Source: Thalia democratica
Lineage: Eukaryota
Length of the DNA stretch: 64,000 bases
Reading direction: 5' to 3'
Assembly: GCA_965202585.1 (NCBI GenBank)
Contig: OZ241829.1
Location: forward strand, 8,680,001 to 8,744,000
In this document: one piece after another, positions 63,663 through 64,000 of the stretch
Position numbering within the stretch: the first letter of the stretch is position 1
Layout of the letters: the number at the start of each line of letters is the position of its first letter
Program-made: the position numbers and the translations under genes
The notes under the pieces: generated by a model
The model's input: the letters and a program-made list of their open reading frames with translations, nothing else
Database searches by the model: none
What the model was told of the DNA's origin: nothing

Positions 63663-64000
63663 TTTATTTTACTCTTAGATTAATAAGATACTTTTTATTT
63701 TTAACCTAATAAAAGTTTTTACTTCAGACGTAAATTTTATATAATATAATATTCTTTTGATAATTTACCCTAAATTTTAATGTATCAATATAACAACTCA
63801 AGTATATTTAACAAATTGATACAAAATAAATAAAGATCAAGCAAATTCAATTTTATATTCAAAAAAAAAATTATATGTACAAATTAAACATTAAACACTG
63901 AATATATAATAAATATGTCTTAGATTTAAATAAAAATGTCACACTCAAATACCTTATTTTAAATATTAGTGGTATTTGTAATTTTAAAAGATAAAACCAT

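Overview
This is eukaryotic, very AT-rich, intron-containing animal DNA, so most entries in the ORF track are spurious or exon read-throughs. A tunicate/ascidian origin is my inference, from the Tbx2/3 sequence and the abundant TGACGTCA 'MTSQ/VTSQ' motif. Layout: (1) 1-21.7 kb is a gene-free stretch of alternating AT-rich spacers and GC-richer, enhancer-like islands. (2) A Tbx2/3 (omb-class T-box) gene lies on + with seven exons resolved by hand (21726-~32130); it is followed by a diverged second copy of T-box exons 5 and 6 (32395-32721). (3) From 44554 to 50355 on + is an 11-exon gene missed by the ORF track. Its 5' exons encode a strongly diverged Groucho/TLE Q (oligomerisation) domain with TLE-like exon sizes and phases, followed by about 22 Q/N/M-rich octapeptide repeats and a low-complexity tail, with no WD40 domain. 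It looks like an AES/TLE5-type truncated Groucho. (4) A decayed hAT/Charlie DNA transposon with TIRs and an 8-bp TSD (51766-54927). (5) On -, an inverted paralogue of the Groucho-derived gene (58032-61197) and an intronless RING-finger gene (63198-63662), plus collapsed remnants of both (55.5-57.4 kb). No rRNA, tRNA, CRISPR or prokaryotic features were seen. The Groucho-derived gene family and the duplicated T-box exons are the most novel-looking items.
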